Source of the DNA: Mobula hypostoma
Lineage: Eukaryota
Length of the DNA stretch: 64,000 nucleotides
Assembly: GCF_963921235.1 (NCBI RefSeq)
Contig: NC_086097.1
Span: 225,310,001-225,374,000, forward strand
Direction of reading: 5' to 3'
In this document: positions 1-11,802 of the stretch, in pieces
Position numbering within the stretch: the first letter of the stretch is position 1
Layout: each line of letters begins with the position of its first letter
The notes under the pieces: generated by a model
What the model saw: the letters and a program-made list of their open reading frames with translations, nothing else
Databases searched by the model: none
What the model was told of the DNA's origin: nothing
Translations under genes and position numbers: made by a program

Positions 1-889
1 CAGGTCAAGGCAATTTCACTGCTATGAGTATGATAAATACTGACAAAGACTATCATCCTATTGATCAAATCCAGACTCGGTTTTTATAACGATATTAGGC
101 GAATTACAAAGTCATCGTGTGATTATATAACTGTGAAGTCTCAAATGTAGCTATTGCTATTTCATAGATTTCAGGTAGTGATCCTCGTTTGTAAACAGAA
201 CATTTAAACTTCATGGCTAACATATGCAAATTGCTGCTTTTTAAATAAATATTTGATATCGCCTTGAGTGTTACCCCTAGTAAAATGAAGTCTGATGTAA
301 TGTTTATTTGTTAAACTGGTTGATTCTTTCAAGGGCCTTGTTCAGAATCCTCCTTTATGGAAGTGATCTAAAATGACTAATAAGAAGCCTGATAATTAAT
401 TCACCAGATTGACAATAAATTGACTCAATATCAGAAAACAAAAAGCTGCTGGAAATACTTGGATGTCATTGATCATTTACTGTGCCTTTTATTTAAGACT
501 GTAGCAAGCATCAGTAAATTGCAGCTCAACCTGCTATGCCGCCATTGAGGAATTTGCCCGTTCTTGGAGTGGGATAAATTCAGACGGAGTATGGGCTTGA
601 AATTGACAGGGAATAGCAAGCATGTGCACAGGAGGAATGTGACAATGCCGGGAATATGGAGTATCTGCCACAGCCTCATTTAGGTCAGGCGGACAGTGCA
701 GCGGGTGCCCGGGAAGCAGGAATCCTCAGCAGAATTCTCTTATCAAGATTGTGGTTCATCCAGTCGCAGCAGCCACTCTGGCTCCAATGGTGCAAATTCT
801 TTGTCCTTCACATCTTTCTTATAATCGCAAGACACTGCTGGATAGTTAGAACATCAAGTAATGCAAGTCTACAAGGCAGGAGGTGACGT

Positions 890-1168
890 AGTATCAGAAC
901 AAGGACTGTTAGGATGAGAAATGGTTTCTTTCCCCAGGACTACTGAACTCCCTACTGCCACTCAGGTCTCATCACACATGAAGCGCCAGTAGCATTATAC
1001 TTGTGTCATCAATACACTGTATTATTTGTTAATTTACTAGTGGTATGTTACATTATGTGTTGTAAGTTATATGTACTGTGTTGTTCACCCTGATCAGATG
1101 AAACACTCTTTTGTTTGACTGTGTACTGTACATGTTGAATGACAATAAACTTAAACGTGAACTTGAAT
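890..1168 (+). mobile_element. Rex1/Babar-type LINE 3' end, decayed
   Basis: 3' UTR ending gaatgacaataaactt with (cttgaa)-like tail; the same tail family recurs near 31800-31845 and 20040-20070. Confidence 0.55.
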
Positions 1169-1241
1169 CCCCACCATTCAGAGGAGAAGGAGAAAAGCAA
1201 TGATTGGAAGGAAGAAGAATAAAAGCTTCCGAGAGACTTTG

Positions 1242-1720
1242 GAATCAGAATCAACTTCAGAATCAGGTTTATTATCATGTGTCATGAAATTTGTTAACTT
1301 AGCAGCAGTACTTATGCAATACATAATATCGAAGAAAAAATAATAAGTAAATAAATCAATTACAGTATACGTATATTGAATAGATTAAAATTCATGCAAA
1401 AGCAGAAATAATAAACATAAAAAAAGTGAGGTAGTGTTCAAGCATTCAATGTCCATTTAGGAATCGGATGGCAGAGGGGAAGAAGCTGTTCCTGAATCAC
1501 TGAGTGTGTGCCTTTGGGCTTCTGTATCTCCTACCTGATGGTAACAGTGAGAAAAGGGCATGCCCTGGGTGCTGGAGGTCCTTAATAATGAGACACCGCT
1601 CCTTGAAGATGTCCTGGGTACTTTGTAGGTTAGAACCCAAGATGAAGCCGACTAAATTTACAACCTTCTACAGCTTCTTTTGGTCCTGTACAGAGGCCCC
1701 TCCCTCCCAGACCAGACGCT
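1242..1720 (-). mobile_element. Rex1/Babar LINE 3' fragment
   Basis: Minus strand encodes IIKDLQHPGHALFSLLPSGRRYRSPKAHTQ*FRNSFFPSAIRFLN, a typical Rex1 C-terminus; (ttctga)n tail. Confidence 0.75.
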
Positions 1721-3570
1721 GGGGATCAGATTCACACTCTTGGTTACGAAGAGCTGATGAAGTCTCTTCTGTTTTTTTTGCCAGAGTTCCCAGCTCCTGC
1801 AGCAATAAATAACTTCAATTAAGCTTCCAATTGTATTTTGGAAGATGTATTTAACTATATTTTGTTGGATTCACTTCTCTTTGACCACTGCCATCTCCCA
1901 AACCACAATACTGCAGCCCCTCCTCGCCCAAACCCTACTCTACAACCTCCCCTCATGGCGGAAGGCATCGACTTCCCAGTTATTATTTCAGTAATCAATT
2001 TATAAATCTGAGGACTATAATTCCCAGAGAGAGTCTAGAATCCGGGAAGTGTTGATACATTCAAGTACAAAATGATATATTAGGTCACAGCATGTGACTA
2101 AGAGGAAATGTGTCATAATTTAAGTGTAACAGGATTAGAATGATGGATTACAAACTTGAATCAATGATTTCCAGTTTTCCACTATTACTTTCCTGTCTGT
2201 GTCTGTTGTTGACTATTGATCCACATGACAAAACAACACCTCCAAAAAACATCACAGCTTCCAACACAGAATGGTGGAAGTCATATTGGATGGATCAAGA
2301 TCTATTTTCAGATTCCTAAGTGGAATGTATTTGATAAATGTGAAATCTGTGCATGAACAGACGTCAGTCCTTTATAGGAAATAGACATTACAAACTTGCA
2401 CTCTGATCTACATGTGAAGAATCGTTGAGGATTTGAGCATGGGGATTATGGGACCTCACAGAATTCTGTATCCATTAAAATGAATAGATGGGCAATACTG
2501 TGGGAGTGCTAACCTCCATACTCAGATTCCCAATCTGTGCTCTCAGCATGTGAAGAGGAGTGCCGGGAGCATGAATTCATAGCATCTACACAAAGCCATC
2601 TGAATATGTAATGCACTGTGTGAAACCATTTCCTTCCGGATATTCTGGTGTATCAATATGAAATTGTGACAGAAATCCTTTTAAATAGACTCATTAACAG
2701 TGCCTCACAGTACCAAATAAAATAATAAAATTAGTAGATTCTGCCTTAAGACAATGCAAGGCAGAGAACTTAAATGAGAACATTGATCTACTGGTAAAAA
2801 AAAGCAAAATTGGCTGCATTGTGCTTATTCTTATTTTTAACCCATTACAGTATTGCTTTAGAATGGCTTTCTAAGTACTTAACCCCTTCAGCATACTGTA
2901 CATCTTAAACATATGTTGATTGTTTATAGTATTGCTTACAGCATAAAACATTAGGTCAGAATTTCCGTTGTACCTCTATCAATGGAAGAGAGCTCAAACA
3001 ACTAACCCACATTTGATTTTCATCCTGTCAGAATTCTTAAGTTTGCTGCCATATTTGTTTCTAGTTGCAGATACCAGAGACCTTCCTACAGGTGCCATGA
3101 TGTCCATTTCCTTTGTATGCTCTTATCTCTCTCATTTTCACTCCTCTGCTTGGTTCACACTCTCTATATATTCTCTCTGCTAGCCTTCCCACCTCTCCTA
3201 TCTTTCTCGTGGCTGCCTTTACACTGTCAGCTCAGCGAAAATAGATATCGCCCCTGCCATTTCCTCTTCCTCAGCACCAAGATGAACAGCGTGTTTACAA
3301 TGCAAGCAGCTTTGAGATGCATGATGTACTTGACACCAATTCTGCCGCTATAGACCTTGAAGTTTAGTGATATTGATCTGAAGTGAACCCTGCACATAGT
3401 TGAGGAGACAAAGGGGAGAAGAAGTGGAAGGAAGGTGTGGTGATATCACGAATCATGTGTAAGAACATGATTGGACAGAGTTCGGAGCATGTGCAGAAAT
3501 GACAGAATGATCTAGAAACTGTATGGTGAAAACGTGGTTGTTTGCTGTTGTAAATAAAAGTTCTAGTTTT

Positions 3571-3961
3571 CAGTCAAGTCAAGACAAGTCAAATCATTTT
3601 TATTGTCATTTCAACCACAACTGCTGGTACAGTACACAGTAAAAACGAAACAACGTTCCTCCAGGACCATGGTGCTACATGAAACAACACAAAACTACAT
3701 TAGACTTCAGACCTACACAGGACTACATAAAGTGCACAAACAGTGCAAGACAGTACAATAATTAATAAACAAGACAATAGGCACAGTAAAGGACAAATTA
3801 CAATATAATAATAAATGATGTAAATGTAAATGTAAACAATGTTTTAGCAGGAATTGAGATAGAAATTAACAAAAATTGCAAAGGGAGTGGAGTGGTATTC
3901 AGTTGAGAGTGATTCTGTGTGTATGTGTGTGTGTGTATATATCTGTGCGTATGTGTGTGTG
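3571..3961 (-). mobile_element. LINE 3' UTR with (gactt)n tail inserted into the 5' LTR of copy A
   Basis: Absent from the 3' LTR, which reads ttctagttttaattcttcc; same family as 26881-27040 and 52520-52825. Confidence 0.8.
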
Positions 3962-4028
3962 TTAATTCTTCCAGAATATGGTTTGTTCTTAGTAACCCAT
4001 AGTACGTATAAGTATAAAGAACACAACA

Positions 4029-4041
4029 TGGTGTCAGAAGT
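4029..4041 (+). promoter_or_regulatory. Primer binding site complementary to the tRNA-Leu 3' end
   Basis: TGGTGTCAGAAGT immediately follows the LTR; it is the reverse complement of the ACUUCUGACACCA end of vertebrate tRNA-Leu(CAA). Confidence 0.8.
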
Positions 4042-4231
4042 CGGTCTGGAAGAATAATACGTTTCGCTAACATGGGAGAAGAGAAGATAATCGAAAGAAA
4101 AAGAGCGCAAAATTTGTCGTTGTTTGCTAACAGCTTTAAAAATAAAAGTTTTGCAATCCCCATCGACGCTTCAGCTGACTGGAAACGTAGCGGAAAACTG
4201 GAAAAGATTTAAACAGCTTTTTGGAATATAC

Positions 4232-4740
4232 TTTTATACTTTATACTCATATTGTCGCCAAACAATTGATACTAGAACATACAATCATCACAACGATATT
4301 TGATTCTGCACTTCCCACTCCCTGGATTACAAATATTAAATAATAAAAATATTAAAAATAGTAAAAATTAGTAAATATTAAACATTTAAATTATAAATCA
4401 TAAATAGAAAATAGAAAAATGTAAAGTAAGGTAGTGCAAAAAAACCGAGAGGCAGGTCTGGATATTTGGAGGGTATGGCCCAGATCCGGGTCAGGATCCA
4501 TTCAGAAGTCTTATCACAATTGGAAAGAAGCTGCTCCCAAATCTGGCCGTACAAGTCTTCAAGCTCCTGAGCCTTCTTCCGGAGGGAAGAGGGATGAAAA
4601 GTGTGTTGGCTGGGTGGGTCATGTCCTTGATTATCCTGGCAGCACTGCTCTGACAGCATGCGGTGTAAAGTGACTTCAAGGGCAGAAGGTTGGTTTGTGT
4701 GATGTGCTGCGCTGTGTTCACGATCTTCTGCAGTTTCTTT
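4232..4740 (-). mobile_element. Rex1/Babar LINE 3' fragment inserted in gag of copy A
   Basis: ORF 4491-4721 encodes IIKDMTHPANTLFIPLPSGRRLRSLK...SFFPIVIRLLN; gag resumes at IYLLVIGAD. Confidence 0.8.
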
Positions 4741-4915
4741 CAAATATATTTATTGGTGATCGGAGCAGATAATAAAACAGAAAATATGAAAGCTGTAATT
4801 CTACTCCACGTAATAGGGAACGATACAATTGAGGTATATAACCATGTTACTTTTGAAAAAGACAGAATTGTTTACGGCATTCTGGATAATGGGCTGAGAG
4901 AAAGACTGTTAGAAC

Positions 4916-5540
4916 AAGATGATTATGAAGACATGTAGTCCTCTTTTATTGTCATTTAGTAAAGCATGCATTAAGAAACGATACATTATTTCCTCCGGTG
5001 TGATATCACAAAACACAGGATAAACCAAGACTGAAGAAACTGACAAAACCACATAGTTATAACATATAGTTACAAACAGTGCAACAATACCTTAACTTGA
5101 TGAAGAAGTCTGTAAGCACAGTAAAGTTCAAAGTTTCTCAAATGTCCCACATCTCACGCAGACGGGAGAAGGAAGAAAAACTCTCCCTGCCATGCCGATC
5201 ACAATCCGACTCTGAGTCATCCGAAAACTTCGAGCTCTGATCAGCTCTCTGACACTGAGTACTGAGCGCATCTCTGTCCGAGCGATTCGACCTCCTTCTC
5301 GGTCGCCAAAAGCAGGCAAGGCCGGGGATTTTGAGGCCTACCCTCCGAAAGATTCACGACCACACAGTAACGACAGAAGCAAACAGGCATTTCAGAAATT
5401 TCTGCAGATGTTCCTTTATGCTTTCACGTCCATTCTCCATCAAATCGGAATTGTCCACGGCCCCTATTTAACAGATACGATATTATTTTCACTGGAGAGC
5501 TATGCACGCGCGGTGCACAGCCATCTTCTCCTCCCGCCTC
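4916..5540 (-). mobile_element. Unclassified non-coding retroposon inserted in gag of copy A
   Basis: Splits gag RLLE|ADMNLE; LINE-like 3' end (gacaataaaag plus short repeat tail on the minus strand); GC-rich 5' end; tagaa repeated at both flanks. Confidence 0.55.
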
Positions 5541-6392
5541 CTAGAAGCAGATATGAATTTGGAAAAAGTTGTGGTACACAGCAAAGCTTCTAAGACCATG
5601 ATGTCACTGGCTAAAGAGATTTTTATCGAGAACGGCTGTGTAGGTGCTGTAAAGTGCGAACATATTAGAAAAAATAATGCAGCGACAACAAAACCGACAG
5701 ACAGCAAGACACTTTGATCGCTGTGGGCAACAACATCATCTAAAAATTATTCAGCCTGTTGGAAAATGTGCAACACCTGTGGTAAGAGTAATCATTTTTC
5801 ACGTTGTTGCAGAAGTAGAAAGGAAATAAAACACGTAAATGCAGTGCTTGAAAATGAACGTGAGGAGTTTTATATAGATGTGCTTTGTGTAAACAAACAA
5901 AGTTAGAATGACTGAGTTATTCCATTGCAAGTGACCCAAAACAATATTCTGTTTAAACTGGATACTGGAGCACAAGTAAATGTTCTTGCAGAATCTGAGT
6001 TTAATGCATTAAAGCCTGAATGAAAGTTACGTCAGACAAATATAAAAGTGACTGGGTATTCAGGTGCAGATATTCCAGTTAAAGGAACATGTGTGGCAAA
6101 AGTATCACACAAAAATAGGGTGCACACGCTTTCATTTGTGGTCGTGCCAAAAAATGTACAGTCAATACTTGGCTTATCTGCCTGTGAAAGACTGAATTTA
6201 GTGAAAAGAGTATTAGTCCTGGACAGTGACACAGAGTCAGAATACAGTGACTTGATGAAAGAGTATGAGGACTTGTTCAAAGGGCTTGGTTGCCTTCCAG
6301 GAGAGCACTCGATTAAAATTGACAACACAGTGCAACCCGTAATACATCCACGCAGAAAAGTACCTTTTGCATTACGTCATCAACTGCAAACA

Positions 6393-6730
6393 GAGCTGAA
6401 GTGACAGAATGTTGCATTACAGTCAGCAGAAGGTGATATAGCTCGACTGCAGGTCCAGCTCATGGAGGCAAATGCCGACATGGAGAATATAAGAGCAGTA
6501 GCTGCAGTGTCTGAGACGACCAAACAGGAGGCAATTGATGATGTGAAAAGCAATGGCAGGAGGAGGTTCCTTCAATGCAAGCGATAATGAAAGAGACACT
6601 GAGAGAATATGAGATTCAGTTTCATCACCGTCTAGAGCAAGAACACTCACAGTGGGCACAGTGTAAGGAAGCAGTGGAACGTGAGTTGACTGATCTAAGG
6701 AGACGTTTTTCTGAAGGACAAGGAGATGAA
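6393..6730 (+). pseudogene. RABEP1: Captured RABEP1 (Rabaptin-5) mRNA fragment, N-terminal coiled coil
   Basis: Translates as ELK*QNVALQSAEGDIARLQVQLMEANADMENIRAVAAVSETTKQEAIDDVK/QWQEEVPSMQAIMKETLREYEIQFHHRLEQEHSQWAQCKEAVERELTDLRRRFSEGQ. This matches recalled human RABEP1 DLKRQNAVLQAAQDDLGHLRTQLWEAQAEMENIKAIATVSENTKQEAIDEVKRQWREEVASLQAVMKETVRDYEHQFHLRLEQERTQWAQYRESAEREIADLRRRLSEGQ. It has one stop (CGA>TGA) and one 1-nt deletion. Confidence 0.92.
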
Positions 6731-7469
6731 GTAAGGATGTAAGACAAAATGAACACATGGACACAGAAAGCTACAGTACTTGAAGAAGTAGAACCCAGAT
6801 CATACATGGTTCAAACAGAAGGAGGAGCAGCGTTAAGAAGAAATCGCAGAAACCTCAAGAAAGAGCCAACTTCAGAGTTTCAGTTAACTGATGCAGACCA
6901 GACAAAACATGGAAATAACAACGAAACACAAGAACTGTGTGAACTATTTAGAAGGTCTACTTGTGTTCATAAACCCCCAGAGAGACTGGTGGAGACATGT
7001 TAAATTATGCATTTGTTTGATTACCGTTGCTAATTGTTTTTCTTTTTAAGGAAAGGAAGATGTGGTGATATCACATGTCACATGTAAGAAATGACAGAAT
7101 GATCCAGAAACTGTATGGCAAAAAAGTGGTTGCTGTTTGCTGTTGTAAATAAAAGTTCTAGTTTTAATTCTTCCAGAATATGGTTTGTTCTTAGTAACCC
7201 ACAGTACGTATAAGTATAAAGAACACAACAGAAGGAGGATACTAGGAGGGTACTTGCCCCATGGATGTCCGTGAATGTTTAATTCTAGTTTGGTGCCTCT
7301 AATCATCATCCCAGATCAACATGTAACAACGGTTCGTCACTTCTCCATTCCTCTGTTACTTACTCTTGGTCAGCATCTGCCTGTACGAGTTGGGCCAAAG
7401 GGCTTGGTTCTGTGCTGTATGAATGTCTGACTCTGACAATGTCCACATGGGCAGAGTGCACAACCAGCC

Positions 7470-8450
7470 AATTATTTTTATTTATTTGTTTATTTAAGGA
7501 TACAGCACGGTAATGAGCTCTTTTGGCCCAATAAGCCCCCACCACCCATTTGCGCATATGTGACATATTTATCTACTAAAAGCTGATTTATACTTGTGCG
7601 TTAAATGTACGCCGTAGGTACGGCATAGCCGTGAACCCTACGCAGTATCTACGCTAAACCCTACGCCGTAGCCTAACGTGCACCTCTCCCAAAATATAAC
7701 TACATGTCGTGGCGACGCAGACCGCAACAACTGTGATTGGTCCGCTTGGTAGCATCGCATTTCCTCCTACGCTGCAATAGCTTGCCATTGGGCGACTGAA
7801 GGGCAGGGAAGGAACTCTGGCTGTAATGCTTTCCATAAAGCTTTACAGATCTCCGAAATTATGGAGGACCCTGTGCTTGATGCCAGTTTGTAGCTAGCTG
7901 CTACAGCCTGTTGACTTCCACCTGAAGCTAAAACTCAAATGGTGATTGCCAGTCTCTGAGTATACTGTGCGTACACTGATGCGAAATAAATGGTTGGAGA
8001 CGGTGAACCAAGTAGTCAAATCTACCTGCCGACATCCGAAAATATTTGAAATGCATTTCCTCATTCATGTCTCTCAGTGGCCGAACAAGCTCAGAAAATT
8101 CACCCTCCTTCAGTTCCAGTTACCATTATTTGAAGTTTGAGTTTCTTCGTACTGAGTTTCAACAAGAAGAAACTCAACACAGTGGCATAAAAACCCCACC
8201 GCCAACTAGCGTTTTGGCGGTGAATTGCGGAGTGACGCAGATACACCAACACACAAGTATAAATGCTCACAACAGTGTAGCCCACTTGCATAGGCTACAG
8301 CGCAAGCTGGAAAGCACAAGTATAAATCAGCCTTAACCCATACATCTTTGGAATATAGGAGCAAATCAGAGCCTGGTCCACGTGGTCCATTCAAACAGCA
8401 GCAAAACTGAACCCAGGTCACTCGTGCCACGCTAACCACTATGCTACACT
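7470..8450 (-). mobile_element. SINE-like element split by the Harbinger insertion
   Basis: (aaat)n tail at ~7475-7497 with CR1-like 3' end; continues after 8336 with decayed V-domain-like sequence (catctttggaatataggag...). Confidence 0.45.
7580..8333 (-). mobile_element. PIF/Harbinger DNA transposon deletion derivative
   Basis: TIRs aagctgatttatacttgtgc / gcacaagtataaatcagcct; TAA TSD on both sides; minus strand encodes a HARBI-like N-terminus [21 protein letters not shown]...[51 protein letters not shown]. Confidence 0.85.
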
Positions 8451-8552
8451 ATTTCCAAAGTAATAACTAACTGAAGTCACCTTGTATTCCACACAAAGGT
8501 AAACTGACCAATCACATGGGTCCTCTCAGTCCTTCCATGTTCCTTTGTTGGT

Positions 8553-9725
8553 CTAGACACTAGACACTAGAATATTACAGCACAGTAATGAGCTCTTTTG
8601 GCCTTCAATGTTGTGTCGACCCACATATTCCTTAAAAAAAATGTACTAAACCCACACTACCCTGTAACCCTCTATTTTTCTTTCATCCATGTGCCTGTCC
8701 AAGAAGCTGTTAAATACCGCTAATGTTTTAGCCTCCACCACCATCCCTGGCAAGTCATTCCAGGCACCCACAACCCTCTGTGTAAAAAACTTACCCCTGA
8801 TGTCTCCCCTAAACTTCCCTCCCTTAACTTTGTACATATGCCCTCTGGTGCTTGCTATTCGTGCCCTGGGAAACAGGTACTGGCTATCCACCCTATCTAT
8901 GCCTCTCATAATCTTGTAGACCTTTATCAGGTCCCCTCTCTTCCTTCTACGCTCCAAAGAGAAAAGTCCCAGCTCTGCTAACCTTGCCTCATAAGACTTG
9001 TTTTCCAATCCAGGCAACATCTTGGTAAATCTCCTCTGCACCCTCTCCATAGCTTCCACATCCTTCCTATAATGAGGTGACCAGACTGAACACAATACTC
9101 TAAGTGTGGTCTCACCAGAGATTAGTAGAGCTGCAACATGACTTCTCTACTCTTGAACTCAGTCCCCTATTAATGAAGCCTAGCATCCCATAGGCCTTCT
9201 TAACTATCCTATAAACCTGTGCAGCGACCTTGAGGGATGTATGGATTTGAACTCCAAGGTCCCTCTGTTCGTCCACACTCTTAAGTAAACGACCATTAAC
9301 CCTGTACTCAGCCTTCTGGTTTGTCCTTCCAAAATGCATCACCTTACACTTATCCGGATTGAACTCCATCTGCCACTTATCTGCCCAACTCTGCATCCTG
9401 TCTATATCCTCTTGTAACCTTTGACAACCTACAGCTCCATTCACAACTCCTTCAATCTTCGTGTCATCCGCAAACTTACTCACCCATCCTTCCACCTCTT
9501 CATCCAGGTCACTTATAAAAATCACAAAGAGCAGGGGTCCCAGGACAGATCCTTGCGATACTCCATTGGTCACCGACCTCCAGGCAGAATACTTTCCATT
9601 CACTACTACCCTCTGCTTTCTTCCTTTAAGCCAATTTTTTATCCAAACAGCCCAGGTTCCACTGATGCCATGCCTCATGACTTTCTGGATGAGTCTCTCG
9701 TGGGGGACCTTGTCAAATGCCTTGC
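8553..9725 (-). mobile_element. CR1 LINE, 5'-truncated (RT and 3' end)
   Basis: KAFDKVPH...QGSVLGPLLF...KFADDTK...SLERRRKRGDLI; (tctagtg)n tail. Confidence 0.92.
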
Positions 9726-10588
9726 TAACTTCTTGCACATTTGTTTCCAGCTTGGCTGTGGAAGGCTGCTGACAGCCTTAACAGGAGATTGGAACGGTTC
9801 TGAGCTTGCAAGGCCATTTGCTGATGACCGTTTCTCAGAGCGAAGTCTTTGTTCTGCACGGTGCACAGTCTCATAGGGACCTTGGGTGGGGCGGGCGGTG
9901 TAGATCTGCACAGTCCAGGAGGTGTGCTTTAAAGCACATGAATTCATAACCAAAAGGAATGGACACCTGTTGGCTACCCCGACACAACCTATGACATTGG
10001 CTTCATAAGCTTTGACCTGCGTAAGTGACCATAGCAAAATCCTGTGACAGGCTATAATGTAGGGGCAAGCGAGGCCCATTGTCAGGAGCAAACGTGGCTT
10101 AAATTTCTCAAATTTAGCACTGCAGGTTTAACCCAGATTACGCCTGCCACATTCCTACTTGTACACTGCAACAGCTTACTTTTATCTCTGCCCATGGAAA
10201 CCCACTGCTTGCCTCCAACAATCTAATTTTACACGGCCATAAAATATTAATGATGCATCCATTGTTCACAGTGAAGTACATGAGCAAAAAAGAAAAATAA
10301 AATGGTTGTTCAGCCCTGGAGTACTCTACATGCAAACAGAGCAACATCCATTCACTTTAATTTTGTCTGGCTTTCTTTAACAAATTTCTTCCTGTGTTTC
10401 ATTGTTTCACTACAAATCTCTAATAGTCAGTTTGGAAGAAAATAAACATATTATAAATGATATTGTTTGTTTTTCTTCATGTAAACAACTTTCAAAGAAA
10501 TTCAATCCATCTCACATCCCCTGGCTTCCCCACACCAGAATCGGGTTTATTAACACTGGCAAATATCATGAAATTTGTGTTCTATATA

Positions 10589-11318
10589 CAGCGGAGTCTG
10601 GTTAGTTGGGACACATCAGGACTTGTACATTTTCGCCTAATTAAGCGACTTCTCCAATTAGCCGAGGTTTCATGGAAATAGTTAAAACAGTATAACAAAT
10701 TATATATTTAAATGAAATACAGACCACCATAGACAACCAATACTACTATAGTACTGTCAAACTGTATTAGTTCCTAATAGTTATCAGAGGAATTCAATGT
10801 GTGCGCTGTGTTCTTTTGATTGACTGTAAACGAACAAGATCAGTGCAGACACCTAGAGCAAATAATGGACTGATTTCATACAATGCTTTCAACAACTGCA
10901 TTATTCAAATCTTTACATTGCAACATTCAAGGTGATTGTCGATACCTGCAAATTCTTCGTAGTTGTTAACTTGTTGAAGAAGTGAAATCATTTCATTTTC
11001 TCTCCTGGTCGTTTCTGGCACCTCCAAGCCTGAATGCATGAAACTACAGTGAGCAAAGCAGTTTTTAGGGCTTACTTTTCATCAACTACTAGTGACAAAA
11101 ATCTCTACTTTTGAACCAAAACACACACAACTGATGCTGTTTAAAATCTGTTCACTCCTAGCATGGTAACTGTTAAAGTTAAAGTACTCGCTGGAACAGT
11201 GTCCCAAATAAACGAAGGCAATCCTGGCTCTTTTCTTGATTAGATTTTGTTCTTTAAGAATTGTCTGAAATAAGTGGCTGCTCCAATTAGCCAACAGCTC
11301 AATTAATCGGAATTCATT
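10589..11318. mobile_element. Tc1/mariner (Tigger-like) non-autonomous DNA element
   Basis: Degenerate TIRs cagcggagtctggttagttggg / ctcaattaatcggaattcatt with TA flanks; subterminal ctccaattagcc repeats. Confidence 0.5.
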
Positions 11319-11802
11319 ATATAAATTAAATAAGTGAGTGAAAATGATAGGAAAAAAATCCAATCAGTCACAAGTTTATATTTGAAATTCTCCATTAAGT
11401 TTATTTCATTTGAAGTGCTTTTAACAAATATGTACAGGAGTACCATGTATTTGTAAATTCACATAAACTTTATTTTAAGACACAGGATCTCTCTCTTTGC
11501 CTGTAGTTGTCATGAGGCTAAATAAGCCTATAGTTACCCTCTTTCATCTTGCTCTGCCGCTGAACTGAGTTTTATATTGGTCACTGCCCATTCTCATAAA
11601 TGAATTGTACATAATATCGTGGCCAAATCCTCATTCCATCTCACTACAGTTGCTGCAGCTATCTGTCTCATATTGTCTAAAATCTGTTCTGTATTTCACA
11701 GTCAATTATTTTTTGTCATATGCATTTTTTTGATACTCATTAGCAATCTCTCTGAGAGATGAGCATTGTCACAGAATAAACCCAACAGAAGTTTAAAAAA
11801 AA

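Larger units (their letters stand above)
3436..7230 (+). mobile_element. Non-autonomous Gypsy LTR retrotransposon (copy A): gag-protease-[RABEP1 fragment]-integrase C-terminal tail
   Basis: LTRs TG...CA at 3436-4028 (interrupted) and 7061-7230; perfect 5-bp TSD GAAGG at 3431-3435 and 7231-7235; PBS 4029-4041; PPT 7048-7060; gag LQLTGNVAENWKRFKQ, CCHC knuckle remnants, protease FKLDTGAQVNVL, RT start PVIHPRRKVPFAL, integrase tail [16 protein letters not shown]. Confidence 0.95.

Noticed and set aside
4029..4041. tRNA gene
   Set aside because: Only the 13-nt PBS complement is present, no cloverleaf
6393..6730. RABEP1 segment as a genuine exon of a resident host gene
   Set aside because: It is embedded between LTR-element coding parts, carries a stop and a frameshift, and no other RABEP1 exons are seen. 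The gtaagg after it is integrase sequence (VR).
9675..10091. 138-aa minus-strand ORF adjoining the CR1 5' truncation
   Set aside because: No recognisable motif or convincing splice sites; could not be assigned as an exon or captured sequence
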